Below are positions 29,541-41,087 of a DNA stretch of 64,000 nt, one piece after another. A program made the translations under genes and the position numbers. The notes beneath the pieces are model-generated. The model saw only the letters and a list, made by a program, of their open reading frames with translations. It ran no database searches and was not told where the DNA came from. Source of the DNA: Candidatus Babeliales bacterium (lineage in GTDB: Bacteria > Babelota > Babeliae > Babelales > JANWKD01); assembly GCA_963762115.1 (NCBI GenBank), contig CAVXJH010000007.1, forward strand, positions 32,001 through 96,000, given 5' to 3'. Each line of letters opens with the position of its first letter. The stretch's first letter is position 1.

Positions 29541-29777
29541 TTATATTCGATCACTTTTATAACGCAATACAATTCTTCCTCGTGTCAAATCATAGGGTGA
29601 AAGTTCTAACGCAACTTTATCCCCTGGCAAAATTCTGATGTAATTCATACGCATTTTCCCAGAAACATGGCCAAGCACAACATGTCCACCTTCGATTTCA
29701 ACACGAAACATAGCATTTGGTAGAGTTTCTTTAACAATACCATCAACTTTTATAACTTCTTCTTTTTTATTGCTCAT
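29541..29777 (-). CDS. infA: Translation initiation factor IF-1
   Basis: [33 protein letters not shown]. Confidence 0.97.
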   Translation of the reverse strand: MSNKKEEVIKVDGIVKETLPNAMFRVEIEGGHVVLGHVSGKMRMNYIRILPGDKVALELSPYDLTRGRIVLRYKSDRI

Positions 29778-30538
29778 TGCACACCTTGGTTTTTTCTCGT
29801 CAGCACAAGTGGCTCCTGTTCAGTAATCACAATAGTATCTTCAACATGTGCGGCCAAACTTTTGTCTTTAGTTTTTACCGTCCATCCATCATGAGTGACA
29901 TATACATCAAATTTACCCATAGTTATCATCGGCTCAATAGCAAAAGCCATCCCCGGTCGCAAAACAGGCCCTTTGCCTGCTTTACCATAATTCAGAATTT
30001 CGGGAGCTTCGTGCATACTTTTCCCAATGCCATGACCAGCAAAATCACGCACAACACCGTACCCATGGCTTTCAACTTCTTGTTGAATTGCTGCAGAAAT
30101 ATCAGAAAGGCGATTACCCGACCTTGCCATTTCTATACCTTTATCGAGTGCACCATGCGCAACAGCTACAAGTTTTTTTGCATTAGAATCACCTTCTCCA
30201 ACAAAATAACACCGAGCCATATCCGCACAATAACCCTGCCAAGACGCACAAACATCAACCTTAACCAGATCGCCTTCTTTTAAAATAATATCTAAGCGAG
30301 GAATTCCATGCACTACAACGTCATTCAAAGAAATACAACTAACATGCTTATAGCCACAATACCCTTTAGATTGCGAAACCATTTCTTTTTTCAAAAGCTG
30401 CTCTTCAATCCAACTATCAAGATATAAGGTATTAGTACCAACCTGAATCAAAGGTTGAATATCATTTAAAATCTCAGCAAGGAACACTCCCGCCGTTTTC
30501 ATTTTTTGTATTGACTGTTTATCTTTAATAGTAATCAT
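29774..30538 (-). CDS. map: Methionine aminopeptidase type I
   Basis: VVHGIP, DMAR, GHGIG..MHEAP, IEPM, AHVEDT. Confidence 0.96.
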   Translation of the reverse strand: MITIKDKQSIQKMKTAGVFLAEILNDIQPLIQVGTNTLYLDSWIEEQLLKKEMVSQSKGYCGYKHVSCISLNDVVVHGIPRLDIILKEGDLVKVDVCASWQGYCADMARCYFVGEGDSNAKKLVAVAHGALDKGIEMARSGNRLSDISAAIQQEVESHGYGVVRDFAGHGIGKSMHEAPEILNYGKAGKGPVLRPGMAFAIEPMITMGKFDVYVTHDGWTVKTKDKSLAAHVEDTIVITEQEPLVLTRKNQGVQ

Positions 30539-30540
30539 AA

Positions 30541-31230
30541 TTATATTTTATTTTTTAACAAAAATTGAAAATCATCAAAAACATTTTTCAAAGGCTTTTC
30601 TACATTAACTTCACTTATAGGCAAACCATATGCCCGATAATAATCTAATAAAACTTGCTCATGACTATGATATATTTTCAATCTTTCTTTAACTGAATTT
30701 ATTTCATCGTCAGATCTACGCACCAAATCATTTTGACAATTATCACACGTCATTACCCGTTCTGGCATTAAAGCAGACGAAGGTAAAAAAGAATAAATAG
30801 ATTGACAGTCATTATTACTGCATATCAATCGAGCTGCCAATCTCTGAATAATTGCATCATCAGAAATAAATAATCGAACAACTTTTAAAACACAATCCTT
30901 AATTTTATTATTAAGAATGAGATTTAAAGCCTCAGCTTGTTTAACCGTTCGAGGAAATCCATCGAGAACCGTCGTTTCAAACTCAGAACCATTGTTCATT
31001 AACCATTCTTCAACCATGCTAATGATCAGCCCATCTGATATTAGTTTACCAGATTTTATAGCAAAATCTATTTGTTTGCCAATTTCTGTATTTTCATTAA
31101 TGTTTTTTCTGCATAAAAAACCTGTTGAAAGCTGTTTCCAACCTAATTTAGTTGTACAATAACTCGACAGTGAACCTTTACCTGAACCTGGTGGCCCAAT
31201 AAAAACAAAAACTTCTTTTTTCCTATTCAA
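30541..31230 (-). CDS. adk: Adenylate kinase (zinc-lid type)
   Basis: GPPGSGKG, LDGFPRT, Cys-containing lid, RSDD. Confidence 0.93.
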   Translation of the reverse strand: MNRKKEVFVFIGPPGSGKGSLSSYCTTKLGWKQLSTGFLCRKNINENTEIGKQIDFAIKSGKLISDGLIISMVEEWLMNNGSEFETTVLDGFPRTVKQAEALNLILNNKIKDCVLKVVRLFISDDAIIQRLAARLICSNNDCQSIYSFLPSSALMPERVMTCDNCQNDLVRRSDDEINSVKERLKIYHSHEQVLLDYYRAYGLPISEVNVEKPLKNVFDDFQFLLKNKI

Positions 31231-32540
31231 CGCGCAGTCCTACTTTTCAATCGACCAGATGTTAAAAAACCTTCATAACGATGTTCAATTAAATATGACT
31301 CAATTTGTGCCGATGTTTCCAAAGCAACACCAACGACAATAAGCAACGAAGTACCACTTAAATTAAATGGCATACGCATAAAAGCATGTAAAATGTTTGG
31401 GGCAAGCGCTAAACATGCTAAATAAATTGCACCAACCAAACCAATACGAGTTAATATATAATTGAAAAAAAGTGCTGTCTTTTTTCCAGGTCTAATACCA
31501 GGAATAAAACCACCACTTTTTTTGATATTTTCAGCAAGTTCTTCAGGATTGAATATAAGAGCTGTATAAAAGAACGAAAAAGCAATAATCAAAAAGAACT
31601 GTAGTACATTATATACAATTCCCATTTGACCAAACCAATCAACAAATCCTTTTATAAATTCAAACCGCTGAGACAATAAACCCGCCAATGCTAAAGGAGC
31701 ATTAATTACAGCAGAGGTAAAAATAATTGGCATTATACTTGCATTATTAATCCTAAAAGGTATGTAGGTACTTTGACCCCCATATACTCTTTGCCCAACA
31801 ACACGTCGTGCATACTGCACGGGAATTTTACGTTCGCCTTTTTCAAGAAAAACAATACAAGCAGTAATAATAAGAAAAATAACAAAAATAAGTAATGCTT
31901 GAAATATATTAATACTCCCAGCATCAACCATTGCTTTTGTTTTAATAATATATTCTGGAAATTTTGAAACAATACCAGAAAATATTATCATAGAACTACC
32001 ATTACCAATACCAAAAAGGGAAATCTGTTCACCTAACCACATAACAAACATGGCACCGATAGTTAAAGAGAGAACAAATATAATTCGAAAACTCCACCCT
32101 GGCGTTAAAGCTAAATTATGGCTCTCCAAGTATAATGCATACGGAAAACTATACATAATACTTAAACCAAAGGTTAAATACCTTGTATATTGATTAATTA
32201 TCTTTCTACCATAATCACCTTCCTTAATTAGTTGTTCTAAATAAGGAACAGTCATGCCCAACATTTGCATCATTATTGAAGCAGTAATATAAGGCGAAAT
32301 ACCCAAAGCAAACAAGGTGGAACTTGCAAGAGATCCACCTGAAAAAATATCAAGATAACTAAGCAACCCACCTAAACTGGTTGCTTGCTTCATATATTCA
32401 CCAAGAAGAGGAATATTAACTCCGATAACAGGAATATAACAACCCAATCTGGTGATAATTAAAACACCTAACGTAAAAAATAATTTTTTCCGTAGCTCGG
32501 GTATGAGTAAAATGTTTTTAAAATTTTTTAAAAGTACCAC
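31227..32540 (-). CDS. secY: Preprotein translocase SecY
   Basis: FALGISPYITASI, GIGNGSS, FIPGIRPG, GTSLLIVVGV. Confidence 0.97.
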   Translation of the reverse strand: MVLLKNFKNILLIPELRKKLFFTLGVLIITRLGCYIPVIGVNIPLLGEYMKQATSLGGLLSYLDIFSGGSLASSTLFALGISPYITASIMMQMLGMTVPYLEQLIKEGDYGRKIINQYTRYLTFGLSIMYSFPYALYLESHNLALTPGWSFRIIFVLSLTIGAMFVMWLGEQISLFGIGNGSSMIIFSGIVSKFPEYIIKTKAMVDAGSINIFQALLIFVIFLIITACIVFLEKGERKIPVQYARRVVGQRVYGGQSTYIPFRINNASIMPIIFTSAVINAPLALAGLLSQRFEFIKGFVDWFGQMGIVYNVLQFFLIIAFSFFYTALIFNPEELAENIKKSGGFIPGIRPGKKTALFFNYILTRIGLVGAIYLACLALAPNILHAFMRMPFNLSGTSLLIVVGVALETSAQIESYLIEHRYEGFLTSGRLKSRTAR

Positions 32541-32542
32541 CC

Positions 32543-32992
32543 TTAGCTCTCCTTAGTTATGTGTACTTCTCCACCGCATCGTTTAATTTCTTCAATAGCA
32601 TTCTTACTAAAAGCATCTGCATGAACAACAAATTTTTTCGTAAGAGTTCCGTTTCCTAAAATTTTAATGGCAACATTACGTGGGCCCTTTATAAGACCTT
32701 GTTCAAAGAAAGAATTTTTCGTGATTTGAGAACCAGCTTCAAAGGTTTTTTCTAAATCAGACAAATTTTTTATTACAAAGACAGTGCCAAATTCTTTATT
32801 GTTGAAACCTCGTTTAGGCAAACGACGAATAAGAGTAGTTTGTCCACCCTCGAAACCAACGCGAACCCTTGAGTGTCCGCTTCTTGCCTTTTGGCCCTTA
32901 TGGCCTCTGCCAGAAGTTCCGCCACGACTACCACCACGTCCAATTCTCTTCCTCTTTTTAACAAGTGATGTTAAATTACTTAGCTGCAACAT
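32543..32992 (-). CDS. rplO: 50S ribosomal protein L15
   Basis: GRGHKGQKARSG, FEGGQ, RLPKRGF. Confidence 0.96.
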   Translation of the reverse strand: MLQLSNLTSLVKKRKRIGRGGSRGGTSGRGHKGQKARSGHSRVRVGFEGGQTTLIRRLPKRGFNNKEFGTVFVIKNLSDLEKTFEAGSQITKNSFFEQGLIKGPRNVAIKILGNGTLTKKFVVHADAFSKNAIEEIKRCGGEVHITKES

Positions 32993-33494
32993 GGCTTCCC
33001 TTTATAATTTGCTCAATAGTTTTTCCTCTGAATCTTGCAATATCTTGAATTGTTCGCAATTTAGCCAAAGCATTTAATGTTGCTTTAACAACATTCAATT
33101 GATTTGAAGAACCAAGAGATTTTGCTAAAACATCTTTGACGCCCAAAACTTCCATAACAGAGCGAACAGGTCCACCAGCAATAACGCCTGTACCTTGATA
33201 TGCAGAACGAATAATCACTGTGCTTGAACCATGCTTACCAACAACATTATAAGGAATCGTTGTATTACGTAATGGTACAGTAATCAAGCTTTTGCGTGCT
33301 TTAACGGTTGCTTTTGCAATTGCCGATGACACTTCTTTACTTTTTCCTAATGCTAAACCAATGTTGCCCTTTTGATCACCAGAAATGACAAAAGCAGAAA
33401 AAGAAAATCTTTTACCACCTTTGGTAACTTTAGTAACCCTTCTAACACTGACAACTGCATCTAAAAAATCTTTTTCTTTATGACCTTCAGCCAT
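32976..33494 (-). CDS. rpsE: 30S ribosomal protein S5
   Basis: RVTKVTKGGKRFSF, GTGVIAGG. Confidence 0.96.
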   Translation of the reverse strand: MAEGHKEKDFLDAVVSVRRVTKVTKGGKRFSFSAFVISGDQKGNIGLALGKSKEVSSAIAKATVKARKSLITVPLRNTTIPYNVVGKHGSSTVIIRSAYQGTGVIAGGPVRSVMEVLGVKDVLAKSLGSSNQLNVVKATLNALAKLRTIQDIARFRGKTIEQIIKGSHVAAK

Positions 33495-33517
33495 TATTTC
33501 AATTCCTACCTTATAGA

Positions 33518-33871
33518 TTAGACTTGCAAACCACCATCTCTTAATCCATCAGCTAGGCATTTAACCCTACCATGGAAAAGATAACTTCCTCGATCAAAAA
33601 CAACAGCTTTAATACCTTTGTCTAAAGCTCTTTTTGCAAGCTCTAACCCTACAGCTTTTGCTTGTTCTTTTTTATCACCAGAAAGTGTTTTTAATTCAAC
33701 TGTTGAGCAACTTACAACAGTATTATGATTAGTATCGTCAATAATCTGTGCATAAATATTATTTATACTACGAAAAACAGATATTCTTGGTAACAGTTGC
33801 GTATTTAAACGGCTACGTACTCGACGTTTTCTTCGCACTGTTCTTTGTTTAATTTTTCTTTCTAAAGACAC
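33518..33871 (-). CDS. rplR: 50S ribosomal protein L18
   Basis: [22 protein letters not shown]. Confidence 0.96.
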   Translation of the reverse strand: MSLERKIKQRTVRRKRRVRSRLNTQLLPRISVFRSINNIYAQIIDDTNHNTVVSCSTVELKTLSGDKKEQAKAVGLELAKRALDKGIKAVVFDRGSYLFHGRVKCLADGLRDGGLQV

Positions 33872-33886
33872 GGCTATTTCCCATTA

Positions 33887-34426
33887 TTAAGATGATTTAG
33901 TTTTGCCAGCTTTACGGATTAACACTTCATGTTCTAATTTAATGCCAGTACCCTTGTAAGGCTCTGGTGGTCTTAATCCACGAATATGGCTACAAACTTG
34001 ACCTACCATCATTTTATCTGAACCTTTTACAATCAAAATCTGTCCAGTTTTATCAATATCAACAGTAATTCCAGCAGGTAATTCAAAGTCTATTTTATGA
34101 CTATACCCTAATGAAAAAACAAGTTTGTTGCCCGTTAATACCGCTTTAAAACCTAATCCAGTAATTATTAGTTTTTGTTCAAAACCAATATTAGCACCGA
34201 TGATTTTATTAGCTAACAAAGCTCGATTTAAACCCCAAATTCTATTGCCATCAGACGAACGAAGATCGGTTGTTAAAACAATCGTGTCGTCAGCTAGTTC
34301 AGCTTTTATCTCAGATGGTAAAACATGAACACCAGATGATTTTTTACCCTTAAAGTGCACTTCTTGCCCCTTAATATCAATCTGGACATCTTTTGAATTT
34401 ATTGGTCTTCTTCCAATTTTTGACAT
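33887..34426 (-). CDS. rplF: 50S ribosomal protein L6
   Basis: MSKIGRRP, LGYSH, RPPEPYKGTGI. Confidence 0.95.
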   Translation of the reverse strand: MSKIGRRPINSKDVQIDIKGQEVHFKGKKSSGVHVLPSEIKAELADDTIVLTTDLRSSDGNRIWGLNRALLANKIIGANIGFEQKLIITGLGFKAVLTGNKLVFSLGYSHKIDFELPAGITVDIDKTGQILIVKGSDKMMVGQVCSHIRGLRPPEPYKGTGIKLEHEVLIRKAGKTKSS

Positions 34427-34436
34427 AATTTTATCC

Positions 34437-34832
34437 TTACCAGATCGAACAAATAACTTCACCGCCAACAGATAATTCTCTGGCTTTTTTATTCGTCATG
34501 ATGCCTTTATTAGTTGTCACAATTGAAATTCCCAACTTCCCAATCACAAATTTCATTTGTGATGCTTGCTCATAAACACGTCTTCCAGGCGTACTTTTAC
34601 GAACAATTTCGTGAATTACCGATTCACCATCAACATATTTTAAAAAGACTTTAACCAATTTTTTACTTGGTTCTTCTTCTAAAATTTCAAAATCTTTAAT
34701 GAAGCCTTCTTCTTTCAAAATTTTGACAATTTCCAATTTAAGTTTTGAATACGGAGCAACAACATTGCGCTTAGAAGCCATCAGTCCATTTCTGATGATT
34801 GTTAAAAAATCTCCGATAGCATCAATTGACAT
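34437..34832 (-). CDS. rpsH: 30S ribosomal protein S8
   Basis: DFLTIIRN, STPGRRVY, GGEVIC. Confidence 0.96.
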   Translation of the reverse strand: MSIDAIGDFLTIIRNGLMASKRNVVAPYSKLKLEIVKILKEEGFIKDFEILEEEPSKKLVKVFLKYVDGESVIHEIVRKSTPGRRVYEQASQMKFVIGKLGISIVTTNKGIMTNKKARELSVGGEVICSIW

Positions 34833-34850
34833 AATAGTCCTTTATCTCAT

Positions 34851-35036
34851 TTACCAGCTAGTTTTCTTAACACCAGGAAGCAACCCTCTTAGAGCGAGTT
34901 TTCTAAAACAAAGACGACACATCATAAATAAACGAATATATCCTCTTGGACGACCGCATAATTTGCATCTATTTCTTTGTCTTACTAAAAATTTAGGCGT
35001 TTTATTGGCCTTTTCAATTAACGCTTTTCTTGCCAT
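34851..35036 (-). CDS. rpsN: 30S ribosomal protein S14 (zinc-binding type Z)
   Basis: RCKLCGRPR...[15 protein letters not shown]. Confidence 0.96.
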   Translation of the reverse strand: MARKALIEKANKTPKFLVRQRNRCKLCGRPRGYIRLFMMCRLCFRKLALRGLLPGVKKTSW

Positions 35037-35044
35037 TGCTTCCC

Positions 35045-35599
35045 TTAAACATTTTTAATTTTTTTAAACGGCATATTAAATCCTTTAAGCAGCTCCAGCG
35101 CATGTTCATCTTTACGCGCAGTAGTATGTATAGAAACATTAAGTCCGTATACGGTTTCACCTACACCCCTGTCTGCTTCAGGAAAAATTGACCATTCTTT
35201 TAACCCTATATTATAATTTCCATTACCATCTAACTTTAGCGGCAAACCCTGAAAGTCTCTAACATTAGGTAAGGCAAGATTGATAAGCTTATCAAGAAAA
35301 TTATACATATTTTCTTTTCTAAGCGTTACCATCACACCAAGAGGCATACCTTCACGAATTTTAAATCCAGCAATTGATTTTTTTGCCAACGTTCTCACTG
35401 GTGCTTGACCTGCAATACGTCCAATTGTATCAACTACAGTTTTTAAAATCTTACTATCATTTACAGCTTCTTTTACGCCCACATTAAGAACAATTTTAGA
35501 AATTGAAGGAACTTGCATAATATTATCAATTCCCAATTTTGTTTTTAATTCTGAACGTATTTTTTTATCATATAATTCTTTTAAGCGAGACTTCGGCAT
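35045..35599 (-). CDS. rplE: 50S ribosomal protein L5
   Basis: [23 protein letters not shown]. Confidence 0.96.
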   Translation of the reverse strand: MPKSRLKELYDKKIRSELKTKLGIDNIMQVPSISKIVLNVGVKEAVNDSKILKTVVDTIGRIAGQAPVRTLAKKSIAGFKIREGMPLGVMVTLRKENMYNFLDKLINLALPNVRDFQGLPLKLDGNGNYNIGLKEWSIFPEADRGVGETVYGLNVSIHTTARKDEHALELLKGFNMPFKKIKNV

Positions 35600-35619
35600 C
35601 AAACATCCTTAAAAACAAG

Positions 35620-35931
35620 TCAAAAAATCTCTTTACAACGATTACAAACACGAGCTTTATTTTCATCAGCGGTAACTATAAAGTTAACACGTGATGGTTT
35701 ATTACAAGCTTTACATACAGGCATTACATTTGAAATATCAATATAACACTCTTTTTCTTTTATAGCTGATACTTCGCCCTGCTTACGAGCCTTGGTATGA
35801 CGTTTTACCATAACAAGACCTTGAATCATTACTTTACCTTTTTTAGGCAAAATATCAATTATTCGACCTTGCTTGTTTTTATCTTTGCCAGAAGTGATGG
35901 CAACGAGGTCATCTTTTTTTACATTCATCAT
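35620..35931 (-). CDS. rplX: 50S ribosomal protein L24
   Basis: KKDDLV...GKDK KOW motif, ISNV. Confidence 0.95.
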   Translation of the reverse strand: MMNVKKDDLVAITSGKDKNKQGRIIDILPKKGKVMIQGLVMVKRHTKARKQGEVSAIKEKECYIDISNVMPVCKACNKPSRVNFIVTADENKARVCNRCKEIF

Positions 35932-35946
35932 GATAATAAATTTTCC

Positions 35947-36315
35947 TTAAACAACTTCTTGAGCGAGAGAACCAAATTTTTTATTAATACTTAATAGCTC
36001 TCTTGCAACAGGACCAAATAAGCGAGTGCCAATTGGCTCACCATCTTCTTTTTTGACAATAACGCCAGCATTATCACCAAATCGAACATAGCTTCCATCT
36101 TCACGACGAAACTCTTTTCTCGTTCTCACGATTCGAACGCGAACAACGTCCTTTTTTTTGACCATTCCACCAGGCATTGCAACTTTTACAGAACACATTA
36201 CTTCATCACCTAAATAAGCATAACGCTTATTGGTACTTCCGATAATGCGAATTACCATTAACTCTTTTGCGCCAGAATTATCAGCAACGACTAAATATGA
36301 AAGTTCTTGAACCAT
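35947..36315 (-). CDS. rplN: 50S ribosomal protein L14
   Basis: VADNSGAK, GTRLFGPVAREL. Confidence 0.97.
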   Translation of the reverse strand: MVQELSYLVVADNSGAKELMVIRIIGSTNKRYAYLGDEVMCSVKVAMPGGMVKKKDVVRVRIVRTRKEFRREDGSYVRFGDNAGVIVKKEDGEPIGTRLFGPVARELLSINKKFGSLAQEVV

Positions 36316-36328
36316 AGTCTTTACCTTA

Positions 36329-36604
36329 CTATTCTTTAGATTTCGTTTTTACAATACGAGATAAATACATATATTTATCTTTAGAGCGAGGGCTACCTTC
36401 ATATATTTCTACAACATCACCCTCTTGCGCACGGCCTTCTTCATCATGAACTTTATATCTTTTCGAAGTTCTTATAACCTTGTGTAATCGAGGTTCCTCA
36501 AAAGTTCGTTCAATTTTAACCACAATAGTTTTATCCATTTTATCGGATATTACTTCTCCGATCATGTACTTTTTTACTTTTTCAGCAGTTTCTTTAATAG
36601 CCAT
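36329..36604 (-). CDS. rpsQ: 30S ribosomal protein S17
   Basis: SDKMDKTIVV, KVHDE, GDVVEI. Confidence 0.95.
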   Translation of the reverse strand: MAIKETAEKVKKYMIGEVISDKMDKTIVVKIERTFEEPRLHKVIRTSKRYKVHDEEGRAQEGDVVEIYEGSPRSKDKYMYLSRIVKTKSKE

Positions 36605-36620
36605 CGATTACCTTTAATAG

Positions 36621-36830
36621 TTATGCAGCTTGTGCAGCATGATTTTTTTGACGTAAATATGTTTCTGCTCGTGCAATGTTTTTTCTTAATTTCACAAATT
36701 GTGAATAGTCTTTAACATGTGAGGTAGAAGCATTTAATTTTAAATTAAACAATTCACGTCTTAAAGATTCAATTTTATCTTTTAGCTGCAGTGCATTTAA
36801 TTCTTTAATTTCAACTTTTTCTTTATTCAT
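36621..36830 (-). CDS. rpmC: 50S ribosomal protein L29
   Basis: [16 protein letters not shown]; position between rplP and rpsQ. Confidence 0.93.
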   Translation of the reverse strand: MNKEKVEIKELNALQLKDKIESLRRELFNLKLNASTSHVKDYSQFVKLRKNIARAETYLRQKNHAAQAA

Positions 36831-37245
36831 GATTTTCTTCTAGTTTTTTTACAAATCTTGTCTTCATAGGAAGTTTGTAAGCAGCTAAACGCAATAACTC
36901 TTTTGCTTCTAGCTCTGGCAACCCTTCAATTTCACAAATTATACGATTGCGCTTTACAACAGCAACCCAAAATTCAGGATTACCCTTACCTTTACCCATA
37001 CGAGTTTCTGCAGGTTTTTTGGTAATAGGCTTATCAGGAAAAATTCTTAAAATAATTTTTCCAACTTTTTTTAACTTCCGTGACATTGTTACACGAATAG
37101 CTTCAATTTGTTGAGCAGTCACCCATGCAGGCTCTACCGCTTGCAATCCAAATTCACCAAAAGTAACATCTTTTGCTCCTTTTGATAAACCCTTCATTGT
37201 TCCTCTTTGAACTTTTCGGTATTTAGTTTTTTTAGGCATTAACAT
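36823..37245 (-). CDS. rplP: 50S ribosomal protein L16
   Basis: [25 protein letters not shown]. Confidence 0.97.
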   Translation of the reverse strand: MLMPKKTKYRKVQRGTMKGLSKGAKDVTFGEFGLQAVEPAWVTAQQIEAIRVTMSRKLKKVGKIILRIFPDKPITKKPAETRMGKGKGNPEFWVAVVKRNRIICEIEGLPELEAKELLRLAAYKLPMKTRFVKKLEENHE

Positions 37246-37271
37246 GATTTAATTCTTCCAATCAAAAAGTT

Positions 37272-37904
37272 TCAAATTAGTCGGAACTCACCTTTACAAA
37301 TCCAAACCTTTACTCCAATAATGCCATAGGTGGTTTTTGCCTCAGCAAAACCATAATCAATATCCGATCGCAAAGTATGTAAAGGAACTGAACCAACTCG
37401 CGTCCATTCAGAGCGAGCGATTTCTGCGCCACCCAAACGACCCGAACAGCAAATTTTTATTCCTTTTGCACCACTACGCATACTTGTAGCAGCAGCTCGT
37501 TTCATAACTTGTTTAAAATTAGCGCGCTTTTCAAGCTGAGATGCGATGTTTTTTGCAACCAAGGTTGCATCAAGTTCGGGATTCTTTATTTCTTGTACCG
37601 AAACATCTACACTTGCTCGCTTTGTTAACTTCGCTAACTCTTTTCGTAGATTTTCTATTTCCTGGCCCTTTTTACCAATTACAACGCCAGGACGAGCTGA
37701 ATGAATGATTACGCGAACATTATCACCAGCTTTTTCAATTTCGATGCGAGAAACTTCAGCAGCATCAAAAAAAGATTCAAGATATTTTCTAATCGCTAAG
37801 TCTTCAAGTATTTGTTCGCCATATGATTTTCTTGCAAACCAACGAGCATCCCAATCTCGATATACACCTAAACGAAATCCTATCGGATGAACTTTTTGTC
37901 CCAC
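37272..37904 (-). CDS. rpsC: 30S ribosomal protein S3
   Basis: GTG start [34 protein letters not shown]. Confidence 0.97.
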   Translation of the reverse strand: MGQKVHPIGFRLGVYRDWDARWFARKSYGEQILEDLAIRKYLESFFDAAEVSRIEIEKAGDNVRVIIHSARPGVVIGKKGQEIENLRKELAKLTKRASVDVSVQEIKNPELDATLVAKNIASQLEKRANFKQVMKRAAATSMRSGAKGIKICCSGRLGGAEIARSEWTRVGSVPLHTLRSDIDYGFAEAKTTYGIIGVKVWICKGEFRLI

Positions 37905-37905
37905 T

Positions 37906-38253
37906 CTATGCCTCTCTAACATTATTTTTTAAAACAATACATGTCAAATGACTAAAACGCTTTCTCAAAACAGTAGGTCGTCCCATTGCACCTGGTTTGA
38001 AATAACGGAACATAGGACCCTGATCAACACGAAAATCCTTGATAATAAGATTTACTGCATCAAAATTGCCCATGTCCTTAGCGTTGGCAACAGCAGATCT
38101 CAGCACCTTTTCAATAGGCCTAACACGTTGGGTTGGATAAGTTGCAAGCCAATCTAAGGCATAACGAGCATTTTTTCCTCGAATCACATCAACTATAGGC
38201 CTTAATTTATAAGGCGAATATTGTATGTACCTTGCTTTTGCTATAAATTGCAT
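37906..38253 (-). CDS. rplV: 50S ribosomal protein L22
   Basis: [17 protein letters not shown]. Confidence 0.95.
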   Translation of the reverse strand: MQFIAKARYIQYSPYKLRPIVDVIRGKNARYALDWLATYPTQRVRPIEKVLRSAVANAKDMGNFDAVNLIIKDFRVDQGPMFRYFKPGAMGRPTVLRKRFSHLTCIVLKNNVREA

Positions 38254-38280
38254 TTTTTATTTCCTTGTACTCACTATAAA

Positions 38281-38565
38281 TTATGCGCCAGCAGCGCCAG
38301 CTTTTCGCTGACCACTATGCAATCTAAAAGTCCTGGTCGGAGAAAACTCTCCAAGATAATGTCCTACCATATTTTCAGTTATGAAAACAGGAATAAATTT
38401 TTTCCCATTGTGCACAGCAATAGTTAATCCAACAAATTCAGGGATAATCATACTACCACGCGACCAAGTTTTAATCGCATCTCTTTTACCACTAACTTTC
38501 AAGCGATTAACTTTTTCTAAAAGCGATTCCGCTACAAATGGACCTTTTTTTGTCGATCTTGCCAT
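38281..38565 (-). CDS. rpsS: 30S ribosomal protein S19
   Basis: [24 protein letters not shown]. Confidence 0.97.
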   Translation of the reverse strand: MARSTKKGPFVAESLLEKVNRLKVSGKRDAIKTWSRGSMIIPEFVGLTIAVHNGKKFIPVFITENMVGHYLGEFSPTRTFRLHSGQRKAGAAGA

Positions 38566-38588
38566 TTTTTATCTTTCAAATTAGGTGG

Positions 38589-39404
38589 TTATTTGCGTCT
38601 TTTAAGAACTAAAGGATTTTTTCTTTTTCTTGTTCTTGTTCCCTTAGCGCCTTTACCCCAAGGACTTCGAGGATGTGAACCAGATTTTGAACGTCCTTCA
38701 CCACCACCATGAGGGTGATCAACAGGGTTCATAGCCATACCACGAACAGAAGGCCTGAAACCCATATGTCTTTTACGACCAGCTTTACCAATAACTATAT
38801 TTTTATGGTCAGCATTACCCAATTCACCAATTGTTGCCCAGCAATCCAAACCTATAAGTCGAATTTCTCCAGAAGGCATCTTTAAAGTGGCATATTCATC
38901 GCCCTTTGCAACCAATTGAATAGAAGTGCCAGCGCTTCGCGCTAACTTGCCACCTGATTTTGGTGTAATCTCCACGTTGTGTATAGTAAAACCAACGGGA
39001 ATATTACGCAACGGCATAGAATTACCAACTTTTACTTCTGCATCTTCACCAGCATAAATAGGTGCGCCAATATTAAGTCCAACAGGCATTAAAATATACT
39101 GCTTTGAGCCATTTTGGAAAAACACCAAGCCAATATGAACACTTCTATTTGGATCATATTCTACTGCAACAATTTTTCCTGGAACATTTCTATCCAAACG
39201 CTTAAAATCTACAACACGATACTTCCGTGCAGCACCACCGCCACGATGACGAGTAGTTATACGACCGTAGGCGTTTCTTCCGCCTCTTTTTCTTAACCCT
39301 TTAACAAGAGACTTCTCTGGTTTTTTTTTCGTCAAATCACTTGTATCAACGAAAGTTTGGAACCGCAGAGAAGCACTCCTAGGCTTTCTTCTAATAATCG
39401 GCAT
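38589..39404 (-). CDS. rplB: 50S ribosomal protein L2
   Basis: EYDPNRS, ARSAG, MNPVDHPHGGGEG. Confidence 0.97.
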   Translation of the reverse strand: MPIIRRKPRSASLRFQTFVDTSDLTKKKPEKSLVKGLRKRGGRNAYGRITTRHRGGGAARKYRVVDFKRLDRNVPGKIVAVEYDPNRSVHIGLVFFQNGSKQYILMPVGLNIGAPIYAGEDAEVKVGNSMPLRNIPVGFTIHNVEITPKSGGKLARSAGTSIQLVAKGDEYATLKMPSGEIRLIGLDCWATIGELGNADHKNIVIGKAGRKRHMGFRPSVRGMAMNPVDHPHGGGEGRSKSGSHPRSPWGKGAKGTRTRKRKNPLVLKRRK

Positions 39405-39426
39405 TTTTATTTACCCTTAATATACA

Positions 39427-39789
39427 TCATTCTTTTGTTTGTTCTGTAGCACCAAAAGATAAGTTTTGTTCCGTCATTACACCCCCAACACCTTGTTGAG
39501 TAAGTGTATCAAAAGATTGAGAATCTTTCAATGTGACAATTGCGCGTTTAGTTAAAACTCCTTTTGATTCAGTTTTTTTGAATCTACGAATTTTACCTTT
39601 ACGTGCACTTGTATTCACGCTTTTAACTTTTACATTAAATAATTTCTCAAGTGCTTCAGCAATCATAGGCTTTGTAGCTTCTGGATGAACTGAAAAAGTT
39701 ATCTTTTTTAAATTATTAAGCAGCTTGGAAGCTTTTTCAGTAACAATTGGACCACGTATAATATCATAAATAGTTAATTTTAATCCCAT
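39427..39789 (-). CDS. rplW: 50S ribosomal protein L23
   Basis: PIVTEKA, LFNVKVKSVNT, KRAIVTL; C-terminal extension. Confidence 0.94.
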   Translation of the reverse strand: MGLKLTIYDIIRGPIVTEKASKLLNNLKKITFSVHPEATKPMIAEALEKLFNVKVKSVNTSARKGKIRRFKKTESKGVLTKRAIVTLKDSQSFDTLTQQGVGGVMTEQNLSFGATEQTKE

Positions 39790-40439
39790 TTTGAAACCAT
39801 TTCTTTAAAAGAATCTATGTCTTTTTGTAGAACAAGCCAATGACCCCCATTCACTACATCAAACGCATTAGCTTCGTCAAAAAACAAAACCTGAACATTT
39901 GGAATATTAATAAACGAAGAATAATTCAACACATCGTTCATTGATAAGAATAATGTTAATTTTTTATCAAGCAACCCAAGGCCATTCAAAAGTGAATACG
40001 CTTCTCTAGTTGAAGGCTTAATTGTTGGCAGCTGCCATGATAAAAGATGAATATTACCCGACTCAAGATAATTCCAAAAAAGGGAATTCATAACATTTTT
40101 TTTAAGTTTCTTGGAAATTTTTAGCGTACGTGTTCTTGGTTGCGGGCCAAAAGTAATACCGCCACCACGCCACAAAGGAGATCGAGCAGACCCTGCACGA
40201 GCTCTTCCTGTACCTTTTTGTTTCCAAGGTTTTTTGTTGGAGTAACTTACTTCAGAGCGATCTTTAACGCCTACTGTACCTTGTCGCCAATTTTGCAACA
40301 ACGTACGAACCCAAATAGAAAAACCAGTAGGATTTACTGCTCTTTTTTCAAATTCAATCCCTAAGTTTTCTGCAGTAAGCTGAGTCATAACTGACTCATG
40401 TTGATTTTGTTTTGTTTGCATTTTATTTTGAGCACACAT
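39780..40439 (-). CDS. rplD: 50S ribosomal protein L4
   Basis: KPWKQKGTGRARAGS, WRGGG..FGP. Confidence 0.95.
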   Translation of the reverse strand: MCAQNKMQTKQNQHESVMTQLTAENLGIEFEKRAVNPTGFSIWVRTLLQNWRQGTVGVKDRSEVSYSNKKPWKQKGTGRARAGSARSPLWRGGGITFGPQPRTRTLKISKKLKKNVMNSLFWNYLESGNIHLLSWQLPTIKPSTREAYSLLNGLGLLDKKLTLFLSMNDVLNYSSFINIPNVQVLFFDEANAFDVVNGGHWLVLQKDIDSFKEMVSKWD

Positions 40440-40446
40440 TGTTTAC

Positions 40447-41069
40447 CTATACTTTTCGCATGAAAACCAATGAGCCAGATCCACCAGGAATCGATCCCTT
40501 AACAAACAATATCTTTGCTTCTGGTTCAACTTTAATAACTTCAAGGTTTTTCATAACTCTTTGCACATTGCCTAAATGACCTGGCAATTTTTTACCTTTG
40601 ATAACACGACCCTTTGATCTCATAAAACCAATAGAACCGGGTATTCTACCAAATCGTGGACCGTGACTCGCACGACCACCGGTAAATCCATGACGCTTTA
40701 CCACGCCTTGAAAACCATATCCTTTTGTTGTGCCAAAAACATCAACTTCTTCACCAACATTAAATACGTACTGAAAAATCAACCGGTTGCCCAACAGAAA
40801 TATCTTGAGCAAAATCATACTTATCAATTTCTTTTAGTATGCCGAAGATATCTATTAGTATTTTTTAGCCAAAGATCGGAAAACGTTTTTCCAATGTATT
40901 TTTTTCTGAGCGAGCCAACTTGTATAGCATCATAACCATCACGATCAACTGATTTTATACCTGTCACAAACCAGTTACTGTAATCTATTGCAGTAACAGG
41001 AACCACTTTGTCTTTGTCAGAAAAAATCTGGGTCATTCCGATTTTTTTACCCACGATACTTTTTGCCAT
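40447..41069 (-). CDS. rplC: 50S ribosomal protein L3, interrupted by 2 apparent +1 insertions
   Basis: GKKIGMTQ in one frame, KGYGFQGVVKRHGF in another; joined via FGILKEID...GQPVDFS. Confidence 0.9.
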
Positions 41070-41087
41070 TGAATGACCTTTCTCAAT